A DNA stretch of 64,000 bases from an uncultured Gemmatimonadales bacterium (GCA_963783385.1 CAWANJ010000001.1:288001-352000), one strand, 5' to 3'. Positions 8,011 through 18,612 are shown, counted from the first letter of the stretch. Notes: generated by a model from the sequence alone, not told the origin. Translations and numbers: made by a program.

Positions 8011-9594
8011 TCACCAGCTCGCACCCATGGCCGCGGCCATCGAGACGATCCCGTCGTACAGGTCGTCCAGGAGCAGGTTCTCGTTGGGCGAATGCTGGTT
8101 GTCATCCGCGTTGACCACGGGCAGGTCGAGAAAGTCGGCCCCGAGGAGCTGCGGGAAGAGGTGGCCCGGAACGCTGCCACCCATGGTGGGGATGAGGGCC
8201 AGGGGCGTCTCTCCCGCCCGGCGCAGGGCCGCGACCACGGCCCGGGCGGAGGGTCGGTCCATGTCGGTTCGCACGGCCGGGTAGCCCATGCCCACCGTCA
8301 CCCGGGCCAGCCGCGGATGAGCCAGGCGCGTGGCCCGGTCGGGCTCCTCCTGGACCACGTCGTAGCCCCGCGAGCGGATCCAGTCCAGGAACCGGCGGAG
8401 CTGCTCGTGCGGGTCGATCCCGGCCACCAGCCGGAAGTCGAAGTCGGCGGTGGCTCGGTCGGGGATGATCGTCCGCGCCTGGGCTCCCACCCAGCCGCTC
8501 GCCATCCCGTCCACGTTGAGCGACGGCTCGGTGACGGCCGCCCAGCGACTGCCTGCATACTCGGGAGCCGGCACCAGGAGGGCGCGCCGCTCCGCCGTGT
8601 CGGGAGGCAGCGCCGCCAGCGCGGCTCGCTCCGCCGCCCCGAGCGGGCGGACGTCGTCGTACCAGCCGGGGATGGTCACGCGACCCGCCGAGTCCTGCAT
8701 GGACGCCACGAGGCGGGCCAGCCGTTCGGCCGGGTTCGGGGCCCAGTTTCCGTAGTGGCCACTGTGGAGGGGAGCGACGGGCCCGTACACGGTGACCCGG
8801 GCCGTGGCGATGCCCCGGGCGCCGAAGGTGACGGTCGTCCGGCCGGAGGGATGCCGCGGCCCGTCGACCACGATGGCCAGGTCCGCGCCCAGCTCGTCCC
8901 GGTGCTGCTCGAGCGCGCGGGCGAGGTGCGGAGAGCCCGCTTCCTCCTCCCCCTCGAACAGGAAGCGCAGGTGCGCGGCGGGCCCGCGGCCCTGGGCCCG
9001 GAGAGCGTCGAGCGCGGCGAGGAGCCCGACGATGGGTCCGCGGTCGTCGGCCGCGGCCCGCCCGTACAACCGGGCGCCGGCGGGCACCGAGTCCCCGGGA
9101 CCCGGAAGCGGCAGGGTCCGCGACTCCCCCCCGAGCGGGCCGCTCCGCAGCGTGGGCTGGAAGGGCTTCGAGCCGCTCCACCTGGACGGATCGACCGGCT
9201 GTCCGTCGTAGTGGGCGTAGAACAGGATCGTCCGGGACGCACCGGGCGCCGGGAGGTCCCCGACCACCAGCGGCGACCCGCCGGTCTCGACCAATCGGGT
9301 TCGGATGCCGCGGCCCTCCATCGCCCGCCGCAGCCAGGTCGCGTTGCGGCGGATGTCGGCGGAGTCGGACGCCACATCCGGGATCGACACGAACGCGGCC
9401 AGCTCGCGAACGATGTCGCCGCGGTGTCCCCTCACCCAGCCGCGCACCGCTCCGTAGTCCACCTCGCCCCGGCTCGTCGGCCCGGACGCCGCCGGCGTCC
9501 CCTGGGCCTCTAGCCCGCCGCCGGCCGCGAGAGCGGCCCCGAGCCACACCGCGCAGGCGAGGAGCAGAGCTCCCCGACCCCGTAGCCCCGCCAT
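8011..9594 (-). CDS. Secreted M20/M25/M40 family metallopeptidase/deacylase
   Basis: YAHYDGQP, GRAAADDRG, FEGEEEAGS, LHSGHYG and NQHSPNEN; signal peptide after ATG 9594. Confidence 0.88.
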   Translation of the reverse strand: MAGLRGRGALLLACAVWLGAALAAGGGLEAQGTPAASGPTSRGEVDYGAVRGWVRGHRGDIVRELAAFVSIPDVASDSADIRRNATWLRRAMEGRGIRTRLVETGGSPLVVGDLPAPGASRTILFYAHYDGQPVDPSRWSGSKPFQPTLRSGPLGGESRTLPLPGPGDSVPAGARLYGRAAADDRGPIVGLLAALDALRAQGRGPAAHLRFLFEGEEEAGSPHLARALEQHRDELGADLAIVVDGPRHPSGRTTVTFGARGIATARVTVYGPVAPLHSGHYGNWAPNPAERLARLVASMQDSAGRVTIPGWYDDVRPLGAAERAALAALPPDTAERRALLVPAPEYAGSRWAAVTEPSLNVDGMASGWVGAQARTIIPDRATADFDFRLVAGIDPHEQLRRFLDWIRSRGYDVVQEEPDRATRLAHPRLARVTVGMGYPAVRTDMDRPSARAVVAALRRAGETPLALIPTMGGSVPGHLFPQLLGADFLDLPVVNADDNQHSPNENLLLDDLYDGIVSMAAAMGASW

Positions 9595-9676
9595 GACACC
9601 TCCGTTCGGATCGCCCGGCCGCGGCCCACCGCGCGCGGCCCGTCCCCCATTATCTGTCCCGGGAGGAGGGCCGGTG

Positions 9677-10588
9677 TCAACGCTCGGGCTGCAGCAGGCC
9701 GTGCGTGGGGGTGACCGCGTCGACCCGATAGGAAGGCACCCGGTAGACCACCGAGTCGCCGCGCAGGGTCGCCCAGAATCCGGAGGGCTGGCGGGCGGAG
9801 AAGCGCAGCGCCGCGAGCGTGTCGCTCCCGGCCCCCAGCGCGACCACCGACCGCGTCGGCGCCCCCGGGCGCACCGTGTCGGGTGCAAAGCCGCCGGCCT
9901 GCAGCTCGGCCAGCCCGTCGAGGAGGCCGCGAACGGTCTTCGGCGACGCGGGGTGCCCGTTCACCGTCCAGGCCGAGTCCGTGCGGGCCAGGGTCATCGT
10001 GGTATCGCCCCGCGCGACAATGATCGTGCGTACGGCCCCGGTGTCGACCCGGACCATGGTGCGGTCGCGCCACTCCTCGACCGGGCGGGACGCCTGCCGC
10101 CGCAGGTCGCCCGAGAGGATCCACACCTCGTCGCTCCCCGGCACACGGGCATAGGCGCTCGGATAATAGGGACCCGCGCGACCGAGGAGCACCCGCACGC
10201 TGTCCCCGGAGCGCCGCCGGAAGGCCACCTCGATCGAGCCCGGGCCCTTCACCCCCAGGTCCGCTTGGTGCGCCGGGTTGCGGGAGGCGAGCTCCGTGAC
10301 GCGGGCGCTGTCCACGGCCGTCCAGAAGCTCGCCACCGCGTCCGAGTCGGTCGGCCACCCATCCACCAGCCAGCGGCCTCCCGAGCGCCTGAGCTCCACC
10401 GTGTCCTTCCCGTTCAGGACGCGCACCCACGTCACGCCCCCCTCGTGCACGCCGGCGAGCGTCGCCTGAAGGGCGCTCGACGCCGCCGGCCCCCGGTCTC
10501 CCCGGCGGCCCAGGAGAGCGCTGGCGGCCCAGGCGGCCACCACCACGACCACGCCAATGAGGATGGCACGCAGCGCCTTCTCGCTCAT
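9677..10588 (-). CDS. DUF4340 domain protein (Gld-type ABC accessory)
   Basis: N-terminal TM, two repeats, EEWRDRT motif; follows gldG in the operon. Confidence 0.78.
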   Translation of the reverse strand: MSEKALRAILIGVVVVVAAWAASALLGRRGDRGPAASSALQATLAGVHEGGVTWVRVLNGKDTVELRRSGGRWLVDGWPTDSDAVASFWTAVDSARVTELASRNPAHQADLGVKGPGSIEVAFRRRSGDSVRVLLGRAGPYYPSAYARVPGSDEVWILSGDLRRQASRPVEEWRDRTMVRVDTGAVRTIIVARGDTTMTLARTDSAWTVNGHPASPKTVRGLLDGLAELQAGGFAPDTVRPGAPTRSVVALGAGSDTLAALRFSARQPSGFWATLRGDSVVYRVPSYRVDAVTPTHGLLQPER

Positions 10589-12852
10589 GCCGCCACCTCC
10601 TCCCTGCCCGGCCAGCCCGGATGGTTCCGGCGCCGCAGGATGCGCACGACGCCGACCGCCACGAACAGCAGCGGGATCCCGACCAGGTCGCCCCACTTGA
10701 GGAGTCCCCGCGTCACGGAGGACTGGAACACCAGCTCGGGCGGCGTCCGGTCCTTCGAGCGGATCGAGATCAGGGACTCGTCCTGGGTGAGCCAGTCCAC
10801 GGCATTGGCGACGAACACCAGGTTCTGCGGGTTGTTCTGCACGAAGTCCTGCCGGAGGAACCCGGCGTCCCGGACCACCACCAGACGGCCGGGCCCCTTC
10901 CCGGACGCCGTGCCGGCGCCCGGGTCCGCTCCCGTCGGCGGGCCGCCGTCCACCACGGCCGCGACGACCTGGACCCCCTGGCTCCCGGGCGCGGGACGGA
11001 TGTCCTCCTGCGGCGCCACCGACCCGCCCACCGGCTCGATTCCCCCGGACGCCGTCGTCTGGAGGAGGGGCGAGGCCCGCGTCGTGTCCTGGATCTGCAG
11101 GGCTCCGGGCCATGCCAGGCTCAGACCCTGGAGCTGGCGGGTGATGAGGCTTTTCCCGGCCGGTCCCACCACGGGCCAGAACGGGTAGTTCTTCACGACC
11201 GAGAAGACGCCCTGCTGTCCCAGGTTCACGCGCTCGTTGGAGCGCAGGTCGTACACCACGCCCTCGAGCAGCTTGACCCCGCGCCCGGCCAGGTAGGGGC
11301 CCAGCCCCGTGCTGACGGGCTGTGTGATCGGCATGCGCGGCGACAGCCGGTTGGAGGGCAGGAGGAGGAGCCCGGATCCGCCGGCGTCCAGATAGGCTTC
11401 CAGCGCGTGCAGGGCGGAATCGCCCAGGGTCTCCGTCGGCCCGGCGAGGATGACGGCCGAGAGGGAGTCGGGCGACAGGACCGGCGCCGCCGCCGAGTCC
11501 GTGCCCAACGCCACCGTGTTCACGTCGTACGGCTTGGAGAGCTCCTGCTCGAGCGGCGCCGAACGAGCCTCGGGCCCGCGGGCGCCGAAGCCGGTGAGGA
11601 AGGCCACGCGGGGCCTGGACTTTCGAGTCAGCGACGCGATGGCCGAGGTCAGGTGGTACTCCAGGTCCGCCGTGCTCTGGATCACCGGGATGGTCTGGTG
11701 CTGTCCGGCGTACATCACCGCCAGCCCCAACCAGCCGCGCTTGACCTGGAACTCGTCGTTGCGGACCACGTTGAACTGGATCGGCCGCACCCCGAGCGAC
11801 TGGGCCTGATCCGCCTCGGGTCCCTTGTCGCCCGGGTGCACCACCTGCACGTGGACGTGGCCGTTCGAGGCGCTCCGGTAGTCGGCCAGCAGGTCCTGGA
11901 CGTCCCGGCGGGTCAGGTCCACCTCGGACGGAAGGGAGCTGGACACGAAGAACTTGATCGTGACCACGTCGTCGAGGCCGCCCAGGATCGAGCGCGTGCC
12001 CGTCGAGAGGGTGAACAGGTGGTCGCGGGTGAGGTCCACGCGGCCGTGGATGTGGCCGCCCAGCAGGTTGAGCGCCACGACGCCCACCACCAGCGCCGCC
12101 GTCCCGGTGCGTAGCCGGCGGAAGGCGCCGCGACCCCGGCTCAGCCGTTCCCGGGCCACCGCCCAGTAGGCCAGCGCCAGGAACACGCCCGCCGCCGTCA
12201 CGAAGTAGAGCACGTCGCGCAGGTCGATCACACCCCGCGTCACCGCCTCGAAGTGCGTGAGGACGGAGAGGTCGCCCACCGCGCTGGCGAGCGGCCCGGG
12301 GAGGCCGATCTGCGTGAAGCGGAGCCCGGCCAGGATGAGCGCGAAGTCGACCATGGCGCCCACGATGAACGCGGTGATCTGGTTCGAGGTGATGCTGGAG
12401 GCGAACAGGCCGATCCCCACCAGCTCGGCGGCCAGCAGCGCGACCCCGACGTACTGACCCACCACGATGCCGGGATCGGCGCTGGAGGCGGCCAGGATCC
12501 CCACGGCCGTGGGCAGCGTGCCGGCCAGGGCCACGAGAACGAACAGCCAGTCCCCCAGGAACTTCCCGACCACCAGCTCCACCTCGCTCATCGGCTGGGC
12601 CAGGAGCCAGCCCAGCGTGCCGCTGCGACGCTCCTCGGCCAGCGAGCGCATGGTGATGGCCGGGACGAACACGGCCAGGAGCCACGGCAGGAGGTCGAAC
12701 AGGGGGCGCAGCGTCGCCGCCCCGGACGTGAAGATGGAGCGGAAGGAGAGGAACAGGGCCAGGACCAGGAAGGCGACGACCAGGATGTAGGCGGTCGGAT
12801 GGTCGAAATAGCTCCGGAACTCGCGCCGGGCCACGCGCCACGTCTGCCTCAT
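10585..12852 (-). CDS. GldF-GldG fusion: ABC-2 permease plus auxiliary periplasmic component
   Basis: AITMRSLAEERRSGT (GldF-like), then RVDLTRDHLFTLS, LEYHLTSAI and NAVDWL (GldG-like). Confidence 0.87.
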   Translation of the reverse strand: MRQTWRVARREFRSYFDHPTAYILVVAFLVLALFLSFRSIFTSGAATLRPLFDLLPWLLAVFVPAITMRSLAEERRSGTLGWLLAQPMSEVELVVGKFLGDWLFVLVALAGTLPTAVGILAASSADPGIVVGQYVGVALLAAELVGIGLFASSITSNQITAFIVGAMVDFALILAGLRFTQIGLPGPLASAVGDLSVLTHFEAVTRGVIDLRDVLYFVTAAGVFLALAYWAVARERLSRGRGAFRRLRTGTAALVVGVVALNLLGGHIHGRVDLTRDHLFTLSTGTRSILGGLDDVVTIKFFVSSSLPSEVDLTRRDVQDLLADYRSASNGHVHVQVVHPGDKGPEADQAQSLGVRPIQFNVVRNDEFQVKRGWLGLAVMYAGQHQTIPVIQSTADLEYHLTSAIASLTRKSRPRVAFLTGFGARGPEARSAPLEQELSKPYDVNTVALGTDSAAAPVLSPDSLSAVILAGPTETLGDSALHALEAYLDAGGSGLLLLPSNRLSPRMPITQPVSTGLGPYLAGRGVKLLEGVVYDLRSNERVNLGQQGVFSVVKNYPFWPVVGPAGKSLITRQLQGLSLAWPGALQIQDTTRASPLLQTTASGGIEPVGGSVAPQEDIRPAPGSQGVQVVAAVVDGGPPTGADPGAGTASGKGPGRLVVVRDAGFLRQDFVQNNPQNLVFVANAVDWLTQDESLISIRSKDRTPPELVFQSSVTRGLLKWGDLVGIPLLFVAVGVVRILRRRNHPGWPGREEVAA

Positions 12853-13793
12853 GACGCCACCTCCTCGGCGCCGGCCTCATCGGTGAGCTGCTGGAAGAGT
12901 TGCTCCAGCGAAGCGCGCTCCCGGTGGAGCTCCCACAGCGTCCAGCCTTTCTCGGCGGCGAGCCGGGAGATGGCGGGCCGCAGCTCCTCGCGATTCGCGG
13001 CCACCAGCTCGACGCGGTCGCGACCGTCCACCCGGTCCGCGCGGGTCGACGCGACGCCCGGCATCGTGCCGAGCACGCCGGGGACGTCGTCGCCCTCGGC
13101 CTCCACCACGTAGCGCGGGGCGGAGCGCCCCGTCTCCAGGAGCTCCGCCACGCTGCCGTCCGCCACCAGGCGACCGTTGTGGACGATGAGCAACCGGCTG
13201 CAGGTGGCCTCCACCTCGCCGAGCACGTGCGTGCTGAGCAGGACGGTCCGGTCGCGCCCCAGGGCGCTCACCAGGTGGCGGATGCCGACCCGCTGGTTGG
13301 GGTCCAGCCCCTCGGTGGGTTCGTCCAGGACCAGGATCTCTGGACAATGGAGGATGGCGGCGGCCAGGCCGACCCGCTGCCGGTAGCCCTTGGAGAGCTG
13401 CGAGATCGGGCGTCCGTACACGTTCTCGATGCCCGTCTCCTCGACCGCGTCGGACAGGGCCGAGCGGCGGGCCGCGCCCTCCAGGCCCCGTAGCGTGGCC
13501 GCGTACTCGAGGTACTCCGCCACGAGCATCTCCTGGTACAGCGCGTTGGTCTCGGGCAGGTAGCCCACGCGGGCCTTGGCGGCCTTGAGGTCTTCGCCGA
13601 TCGGACGTCCGTCGTAGCGGACCTCGCCCGCGTCGGGCTGCAGGGTCCCGGTCAGCATGCGCATCGTGGTGGTCTTACCGGCTCCGTTCGGCCCCAGGAA
13701 GCCCACCACCTCCCCCCGGCCGATTTCGAAGCTGATGCCATCGACCGCCACGACGGGGCCGTAGCGCTTCGAGACTCCCTCCACCGATATCAT
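12849..13793 (-). CDS. ABC transporter ATP-binding protein (GldA-like)
   Basis: GPNGAGKTT, LSKGYRQRVG, LDEPTEGLDPNQ. Confidence 0.93.
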   Translation of the reverse strand: MISVEGVSKRYGPVVAVDGISFEIGRGEVVGFLGPNGAGKTTTMRMLTGTLQPDAGEVRYDGRPIGEDLKAAKARVGYLPETNALYQEMLVAEYLEYAATLRGLEGAARRSALSDAVEETGIENVYGRPISQLSKGYRQRVGLAAAILHCPEILVLDEPTEGLDPNQRVGIRHLVSALGRDRTVLLSTHVLGEVEATCSRLLIVHNGRLVADGSVAELLETGRSAPRYVVEAEGDDVPGVLGTMPGVASTRADRVDGRDRVELVAANREELRPAISRLAAEKGWTLWELHRERASLEQLFQQLTDEAGAEEVAS

Positions 13794-14066
13794 CCGTCGT
13801 CCTCCACCGTTTCTCCGGGCTCGACTCGTCCTGCACGCGCGCCGCCCCGGGCCACCCGTGCCCGCCCGGAGCGGACTCGTCCATCACGATGAACGAAGCG
13901 GGCGAAAGGTTGCCTGGACTCACCCCGGTCGCGCAACGCCCCCCCCGCCCCGCTCCGCCGGGGCGACCGCGGCCCGTTCGTCTGGCGCCTTCCCGGCCGG
14001 GCCCGTAGGCTTCGGCTTCGGCCCCGTCGGCACCCCGCACGCCACACGCCCGAGCCGGAGGTTTGG

Positions 14067-15029
14067 ATGCCCGCCGGACCGACTCCCGCCCCGATCCGTC
14101 ACGCCGCCCTGTTCGGCGCCACGGGCTCTTTGGGCCGCCACCTGGCCCGCGAGCTCCTCCGGCGCGGAGCGCGGGTGCGCGCCGTCTCCCGGACGCGGGA
14201 GAAGCTGGAGAGGGACTTCGCCGGACTCGACGTCGACCTCCATCCGGCCGACCTGTCCCAGCCGGCCGCGGCCGTCCGGGTGGCGGGTGGCTGCGACGTC
14301 GTCTTCCACACGGTCGGCCTGCCGCTGTCGGCCTACGAAGAGCACGTGCGCCTGGCCCGAAGCACGGCCGAGGCGATGCGCGTGACCGGCGCGCGGGGGG
14401 TGGCGGCCTCGAGCTACTGGAGCTTCGGGCCCGGCGGCTCCACCTCGCTGCGCGAGGACGACCCGCCGGTGCCCGGGTGCCGGGTATGCGAGATCCGCCG
14501 GCGCATGGAGGATGTCCTCCTCGGGGCGGGCGCGGCCGTGGCGATCCTGCCCGACTTCTACGGGCCCATGGCCAGCCTCAGCCTCCTCAACGACGCCCTC
14601 GATGCCCTGCGGCGGGGCAAGGCGGTGCGATGGCCGGGGGACCCCGACGCGCCCCGGGAGTTCATCTTCCTGCCGGACGCGGCCCGTCACCTGTGCGGTC
14701 TGGCGGAGCGCAGGGAGGCCGAGGGCCGCCGCTGGAACGTGCCGGGGAGCGGGGCGCGCCCGCCCCGCGCTCTTCTGGAAGACGCCGCCGAGACGCTGGG
14801 GGCGAGCGCGAGGGTGACGGCCCTGCACGGCTGGCTGGTGGCCGTGGCCGGCCTGGTGCGCCGCGACGCGCGGGAGTTCCGGGAGATCCTCCCCCTGTAC
14901 GACGCGCCCATCGGCCTCGACAGCTCCCGCCTGCGGGAGCTCCTGGGCGCGATCGAGACGACGCCGTACGCCGAAGGGATCCGGACCACCCTCGAGTGGC
15001 TGGGGGAGAGAGCGGCCGAGCGGGACTAG
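14067..15029 (+). CDS. NAD(P)-dependent epimerase/dehydratase (atypical SDR)
   Basis: FGATGSLG Rossmann motif; LPDFYGP. Confidence 0.85.
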   Translation: MPAGPTPAPIRHAALFGATGSLGRHLARELLRRGARVRAVSRTREKLERDFAGLDVDLHPADLSQPAAAVRVAGGCDVVFHTVGLPLSAYEEHVRLARSTAEAMRVTGARGVAASSYWSFGPGGSTSLREDDPPVPGCRVCEIRRRMEDVLLGAGAAVAILPDFYGPMASLSLLNDALDALRRGKAVRWPGDPDAPREFIFLPDAARHLCGLAERREAEGRRWNVPGSGARPPRALLEDAAETLGASARVTALHGWLVAVAGLVRRDAREFREILPLYDAPIGLDSSRLRELLGAIETTPYAEGIRTTLEWLGERAAERD

Positions 15030-15068
15030 AGGCGCGCGACCGGGAGGGGTCCGGGCGCCGGAGGCCTC

Positions 15069-15641
15069 CTACTCCGGCGACGATCCTCGCGCGGTGTCTT
15101 CGGCGGCGGCCGGCGATGCGAGGCGCTCGAGCGCCCGCGTGTCCCACACGGCCCAGGTCTCGGCGATCCGCCCGTTCGCGACGCGGTGGATGGCCGCCAC
15201 CCGGATCCCCTGGCCGGTGGGTGCCGTGTCTCCCCGGGCGAGGGGGCTGCCGCCCCGCTCGAAGGTCCCGAAGGACGCCACCTGGTCGCCGCTGGAGAGG
15301 AGCTGCGTCACCGTGATGCGGCCCGGTGGCCAGGCGACCGTGTGCGAGGCCACGCCGTGCAGAAAGGCCTGTCGGCCGCGCACCTCCCCGCCCGGCAGGC
15401 CGGCGGCGTGCAGCACGTAGCCCTCGGTGACCAGGCGATGCAGCACGGCGGTGTCCCGTCCTCCGATCGCCTCCGCGTAGCGCAGCGCCCGCCCCTCCGC
15501 CTCCGCGTTGCGGCCGCCCTGCCCTCCCGCGCAGCCCCCGAGCAGGGCGAGGAGCGCGGCCGGGAGGAGGAGGTCGAACCCCGGCCGGATCCGGCGAGCG
15601 GCCGCCCGCGCGGACGGGCTCCTCCCCCCCGCACCGCTCAC
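15069..15641 (-). CDS. SnoaL/NTF2-like lipoprotein
   Basis: Lipobox LLGGC; [15 protein letters not shown]; GTG overlaps the upstream stop. Confidence 0.7.
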   Translation of the reverse strand: MSGAGGRSPSARAAARRIRPGFDLLLPAALLALLGGCAGGQGGRNAEAEGRALRYAEAIGGRDTAVLHRLVTEGYVLHAAGLPGGEVRGRQAFLHGVASHTVAWPPGRITVTQLLSSGDQVASFGTFERGGSPLARGDTAPTGQGIRVAAIHRVANGRIAETWAVWDTRALERLASPAAAEDTARGSSPE

Positions 15642-16312
15642 CGCCACGTGAGGATCTCCGCCAGCGGCTTCTTGTCGATGTCCGGCACGCGCGCGTCGTC
15701 GGCCGGATGACCGGTCACCAGGAGGAGAAAGGGCCGCTCGTTGGAAGGACGGTCCAGGAGGTCGTTCAGAAAGCCCATGGGGCTCGGCGTGTGGGTCAGC
15801 GACACGAGGCCGGCCTGGTGGAGCGCCGTGATCAGGATCCCCGTGGCGATGCCGACCGACTCCTGGACGTAGTAGTTCTTGACCTTCTCGCCTCCCGGAC
15901 CCACTTCGTAGCTCTCGGCGAAGATGGCGATGAGCCACGGCGCTTCCTCCAGGAAGGGCTTGTGCTCGTCCGTGCCGAGGGCGGCGAGCGCCTCGAGCCA
16001 GTCGCTCGGCGCCCGCCCGGCATAGAAGGCCCGCTCCTCCTCCTCGGCCGCTTCCCGGATCCGCCGCTTGAGGGCCCGGTCCTGGACCGCCACGAAGTGC
16101 CAGGGCTGGCGGTTGGCGCCGTTCGGCGCCCGGGCCGCCGCCGCGATGCAGTCCTCGATCAGCCCGCGCGGCACGGGCTTCTCCGAGAACTCCCGGACGG
16201 TACGGCGGCGCTCCATGTCCCGCCGGAACTCCGCGGTCCGCCGGCACATCTCCGCCGGTGCGATCTCCCGGTAGCCCTCGAGCGGGACGTAGGTCGGCCT
16301 GGTGTCGCTCAC
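15638..16312 (-). CDS. Nitroreductase-family iodotyrosine deiodinase-like protein
   Basis: [38 protein letters not shown] and [11 protein letters not shown] match the IYD subgroup. Confidence 0.85.
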   Translation of the reverse strand: MSDTRPTYVPLEGYREIAPAEMCRRTAEFRRDMERRRTVREFSEKPVPRGLIEDCIAAAARAPNGANRQPWHFVAVQDRALKRRIREAAEEEERAFYAGRAPSDWLEALAALGTDEHKPFLEEAPWLIAIFAESYEVGPGGEKVKNYYVQESVGIATGILITALHQAGLVSLTHTPSPMGFLNDLLDRPSNERPFLLLVTGHPADDARVPDIDKKPLAEILTWR

Positions 16313-16427
16313 GTCGTCTCCGTCGTGCGGGGTGTCCGCAGCGAAGGTCGCGGACGCGCCCGCCGCGGGCAACGGAGACGGCGGAGGTCCGGTGGTGCGT
16401 CGGGCGGAGGCCGCGTCCCGACCCGCC

Positions 16428-16808
16428 TCAGATCCGGATTCGGACCTGCAGGCGGGTGGTCGGCCCCGAGGACCGGAAACGCTGCTCCACCGACACGTCC
16501 ACGCTGCGGGCCACGGTGAGACGAGCCCGAACCTCGCCCTCGATCTCCCCCTGCAGCACGTCCTTGCGGCCCGCACCCTCCAGAGTGAGGCTCCCCGTCT
16601 TCGACAGCCGCAGTCCGATCTTCGAGTGCAGGCCGAGCACGAGCCGGTCCCTGGCGCCGTGGTCGAAGGTGAGGGAAGCCTGGGTGGCGTCGCCGATGTC
16701 GATGATCAGCTCGCCCTTCCCCTTCAGCTCCCCTCCGAAGGGCGCCTCCGCCTCCACGTCCAGGCGACGGGCGGGCGCCGTGCTCGGCTCGCGAGTCCCC
16801 TCGGCCAT
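16428..16808 (-). CDS. Hypothetical beta-strand-rich protein
   Basis: GGAGG RBS; alternating hydrophobic/polar pattern; fills the operon gap. Confidence 0.65.
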   Translation of the reverse strand: MAEGTREPSTAPARRLDVEAEAPFGGELKGKGELIIDIGDATQASLTFDHGARDRLVLGLHSKIGLRLSKTGSLTLEGAGRKDVLQGEIEGEVRARLTVARSVDVSVEQRFRSSGPTTRLQVRIRI

Positions 16809-16835
16809 GCCTCCCTCCGCGGTGGAAGTCCGGGC

Positions 16836-17270
16836 TCAGTCCAGCCAGCGGACCGGGTCGCCGAGCCGGATCGATCCACCCTCCAGCACCCGGCCATACA
16901 CCCCGCCCCGCCACTCCGGGCGCAGCGCCTCCTGCAGTCCCCACGCCGCCTCGTCCATCCGGTTGCAGGGCTTTGTCTCGCCACCCACCAGGATCCGGCA
17001 CGCGCCCACCAGGAGCGTCCGGTCGCGGCTGTCCCGCAGCTCGATCCCCCGGACGAGGAGGTTGGCGCGGCGCGCCGCCGGGTCCACCTCCCGTCCGAGC
17101 GCGGCCGTGGCGCGCTCCCACGCCTCGACCGAGATCACGGTGACCTGGCGGCGCCCGCCCTGGTTGGCGCTGCCGGCGAGGCCCACGTCGGCCACGAGCT
17201 CGGCGCCCTCGAGCGGGTCCATCGGTCCCCGGCGGGCCCGCTTCCTCCAGATCGCCTCCACCCGCGCCAT
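16836..17270 (-). CDS. MOSC domain protein
   Basis: RQVTVIS, RRANLLVRG, TKPCNRM, RGGVYGRVLEGG. Confidence 0.87.
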   Translation of the reverse strand: MARVEAIWRKRARRGPMDPLEGAELVADVGLAGSANQGGRRQVTVISVEAWERATAALGREVDPAARRANLLVRGIELRDSRDRTLLVGACRILVGGETKPCNRMDEAAWGLQEALRPEWRGGVYGRVLEGGSIRLGDPVRWLD

Positions 17271-17386
17271 GCCCCTCCCCTTCACGTTCTCGTGCCCGGC
17301 CGGGCGGTGGCGGCGACTCGACGGCCCCCCGGCAGATGCATCCCCGACACGATAGGCCGGCGTGGCCGACCGGGCCACGCGGCCGT

Positions 17387-18175
17387 TCAGCCGTGGGCGG
17401 GGCGTCCCAGGTAGACCGTCGAGTCGTACTCGAAGCGGACGACGCCGTCCCGCCGGTGCCGGTCGAACAGCTCGCGCAGGGCCTCCAGCATGGGGGGACG
17501 CTGCGGGTCTCCCTCGGGCGGGGTGTAGGAGCTGGACAGGAGCCGGCCCCGGAGACCCTCCCAGTCGAAGCGCTGCTCGTGCTCGAAGGTGGCCTCGCGC
17601 CAGCCCGGCTCGCCGAACAGGGCCCGGAGGGCTTCTTCCGACGCGTACAGGCGATGCACGGCGTCGTAGTCGCGGGCCCACCGCTCGAGCAGGGCCTCGT
17701 AGCCGGCCAGGAAGGGCGAGCTGTCCCGTCGCCGGAGGTTCCACACCAGCGCCACCTGCCCGCCGGGCGTCAGGATGCGCGCCAGCTCGCGCCGGGTCGG
17801 CTCGGGCTCGAACCAGTGGAAGGCCTGCCCCGCCGTGGCCAGGTCGACCGAGGCATCCGGGAGTCCGGTGGCCTCGGCCCGTCCGTCCACGCTCCGGAAG
17901 GCGTCGTACGGGGCCAGCTCCCGCTCGCCCGCCAGGCGCATCGCCTGGTTGGGCTCCACGCCGACCACGGCCAGGCCCCGCTCGAGGAACGATCGGGCCA
18001 GGAGGCCCGTCCCCGACCCGAGGTCGGCGACCTTCGATCCGGACCCGAGGCCGGCCTCCAGGAGCACCCAGTCGATGGCCGCCTCGGGATAGTCGGGCCG
18101 GGTGCGCACGTAGTCCTCGACCCGGTCCGAGAAGCGCTCAGTGGGTCGGAGCTCCGATCGATCGGGCTCGCGCAT
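17387..18175 (-). CDS. Class I SAM-dependent methyltransferase
   Basis: RFSDRVEDY..RPDYP, VADLGSGTG, GQAFHWF. Confidence 0.9.
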   Translation of the reverse strand: MREPDRSELRPTERFSDRVEDYVRTRPDYPEAAIDWVLLEAGLGSGSKVADLGSGTGLLARSFLERGLAVVGVEPNQAMRLAGERELAPYDAFRSVDGRAEATGLPDASVDLATAGQAFHWFEPEPTRRELARILTPGGQVALVWNLRRRDSSPFLAGYEALLERWARDYDAVHRLYASEEALRALFGEPGWREATFEHEQRFDWEGLRGRLLSSSYTPPEGDPQRPPMLEALRELFDRHRRDGVVRFEYDSTVYLGRPAHG

Positions 18176-18188
18176 TCCGGACCGGTCC

Positions 18189-18593
18189 TCAGCAGGTGGA
18201 GTGGATGAGGGCACCGACCGGGGCCCGGCCGGCGAGCTCGTTGTAACGCCGCACGGCGTCCCCGGTGTCCAGGACCTCCGCCTCCACGCCGGCCTCCTCG
18301 AGGAAGGAGAGCGTGGCGTCCTGCACCCGGAGCCGTCCGAGCCGGCCGCGCGACAGCACGACACGTCGGGCCCCGTGCTCGACGAGCTCGCGCACGTCGG
18401 CCGGCTGGACGCCGGGGTCGTGTCGGGTCCCCGTCTCCGTCCAGTCCCAAACGCGGGAGCCCCCCGGCCACAGCTTGGCGTCCTTGAACGGCTCGTCCCG
18501 GCCCTCGACCTCCACGCGCCCCCAACCGGCCGACCGGATGCGGGGCGAGGCGGGCGCGCCCCGTCCGGCGGAATCCGCCGCCGTGCGATCCAT
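18189..18593 (-). CDS. Mth938/AAMDC-like protein
   Basis: KDAKLWPGGSRVWDW.ETGTRH.PGVQ and C-terminal GALIHSTC. Confidence 0.88.
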   Translation of the reverse strand: MDRTAADSAGRGAPASPRIRSAGWGRVEVEGRDEPFKDAKLWPGGSRVWDWTETGTRHDPGVQPADVRELVEHGARRVVLSRGRLGRLRVQDATLSFLEEAGVEAEVLDTGDAVRRYNELAGRAPVGALIHSTC

Positions 18594-18612
18594 CACCGTC
18601 GGAGCCTTCCGT

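Noticed and set aside
13880-13915. ECF promoter (GCAACC...) upstream of the GldA-like gene
   Set aside because: There is no -10 CGT/TCT element at a convincing spacing.
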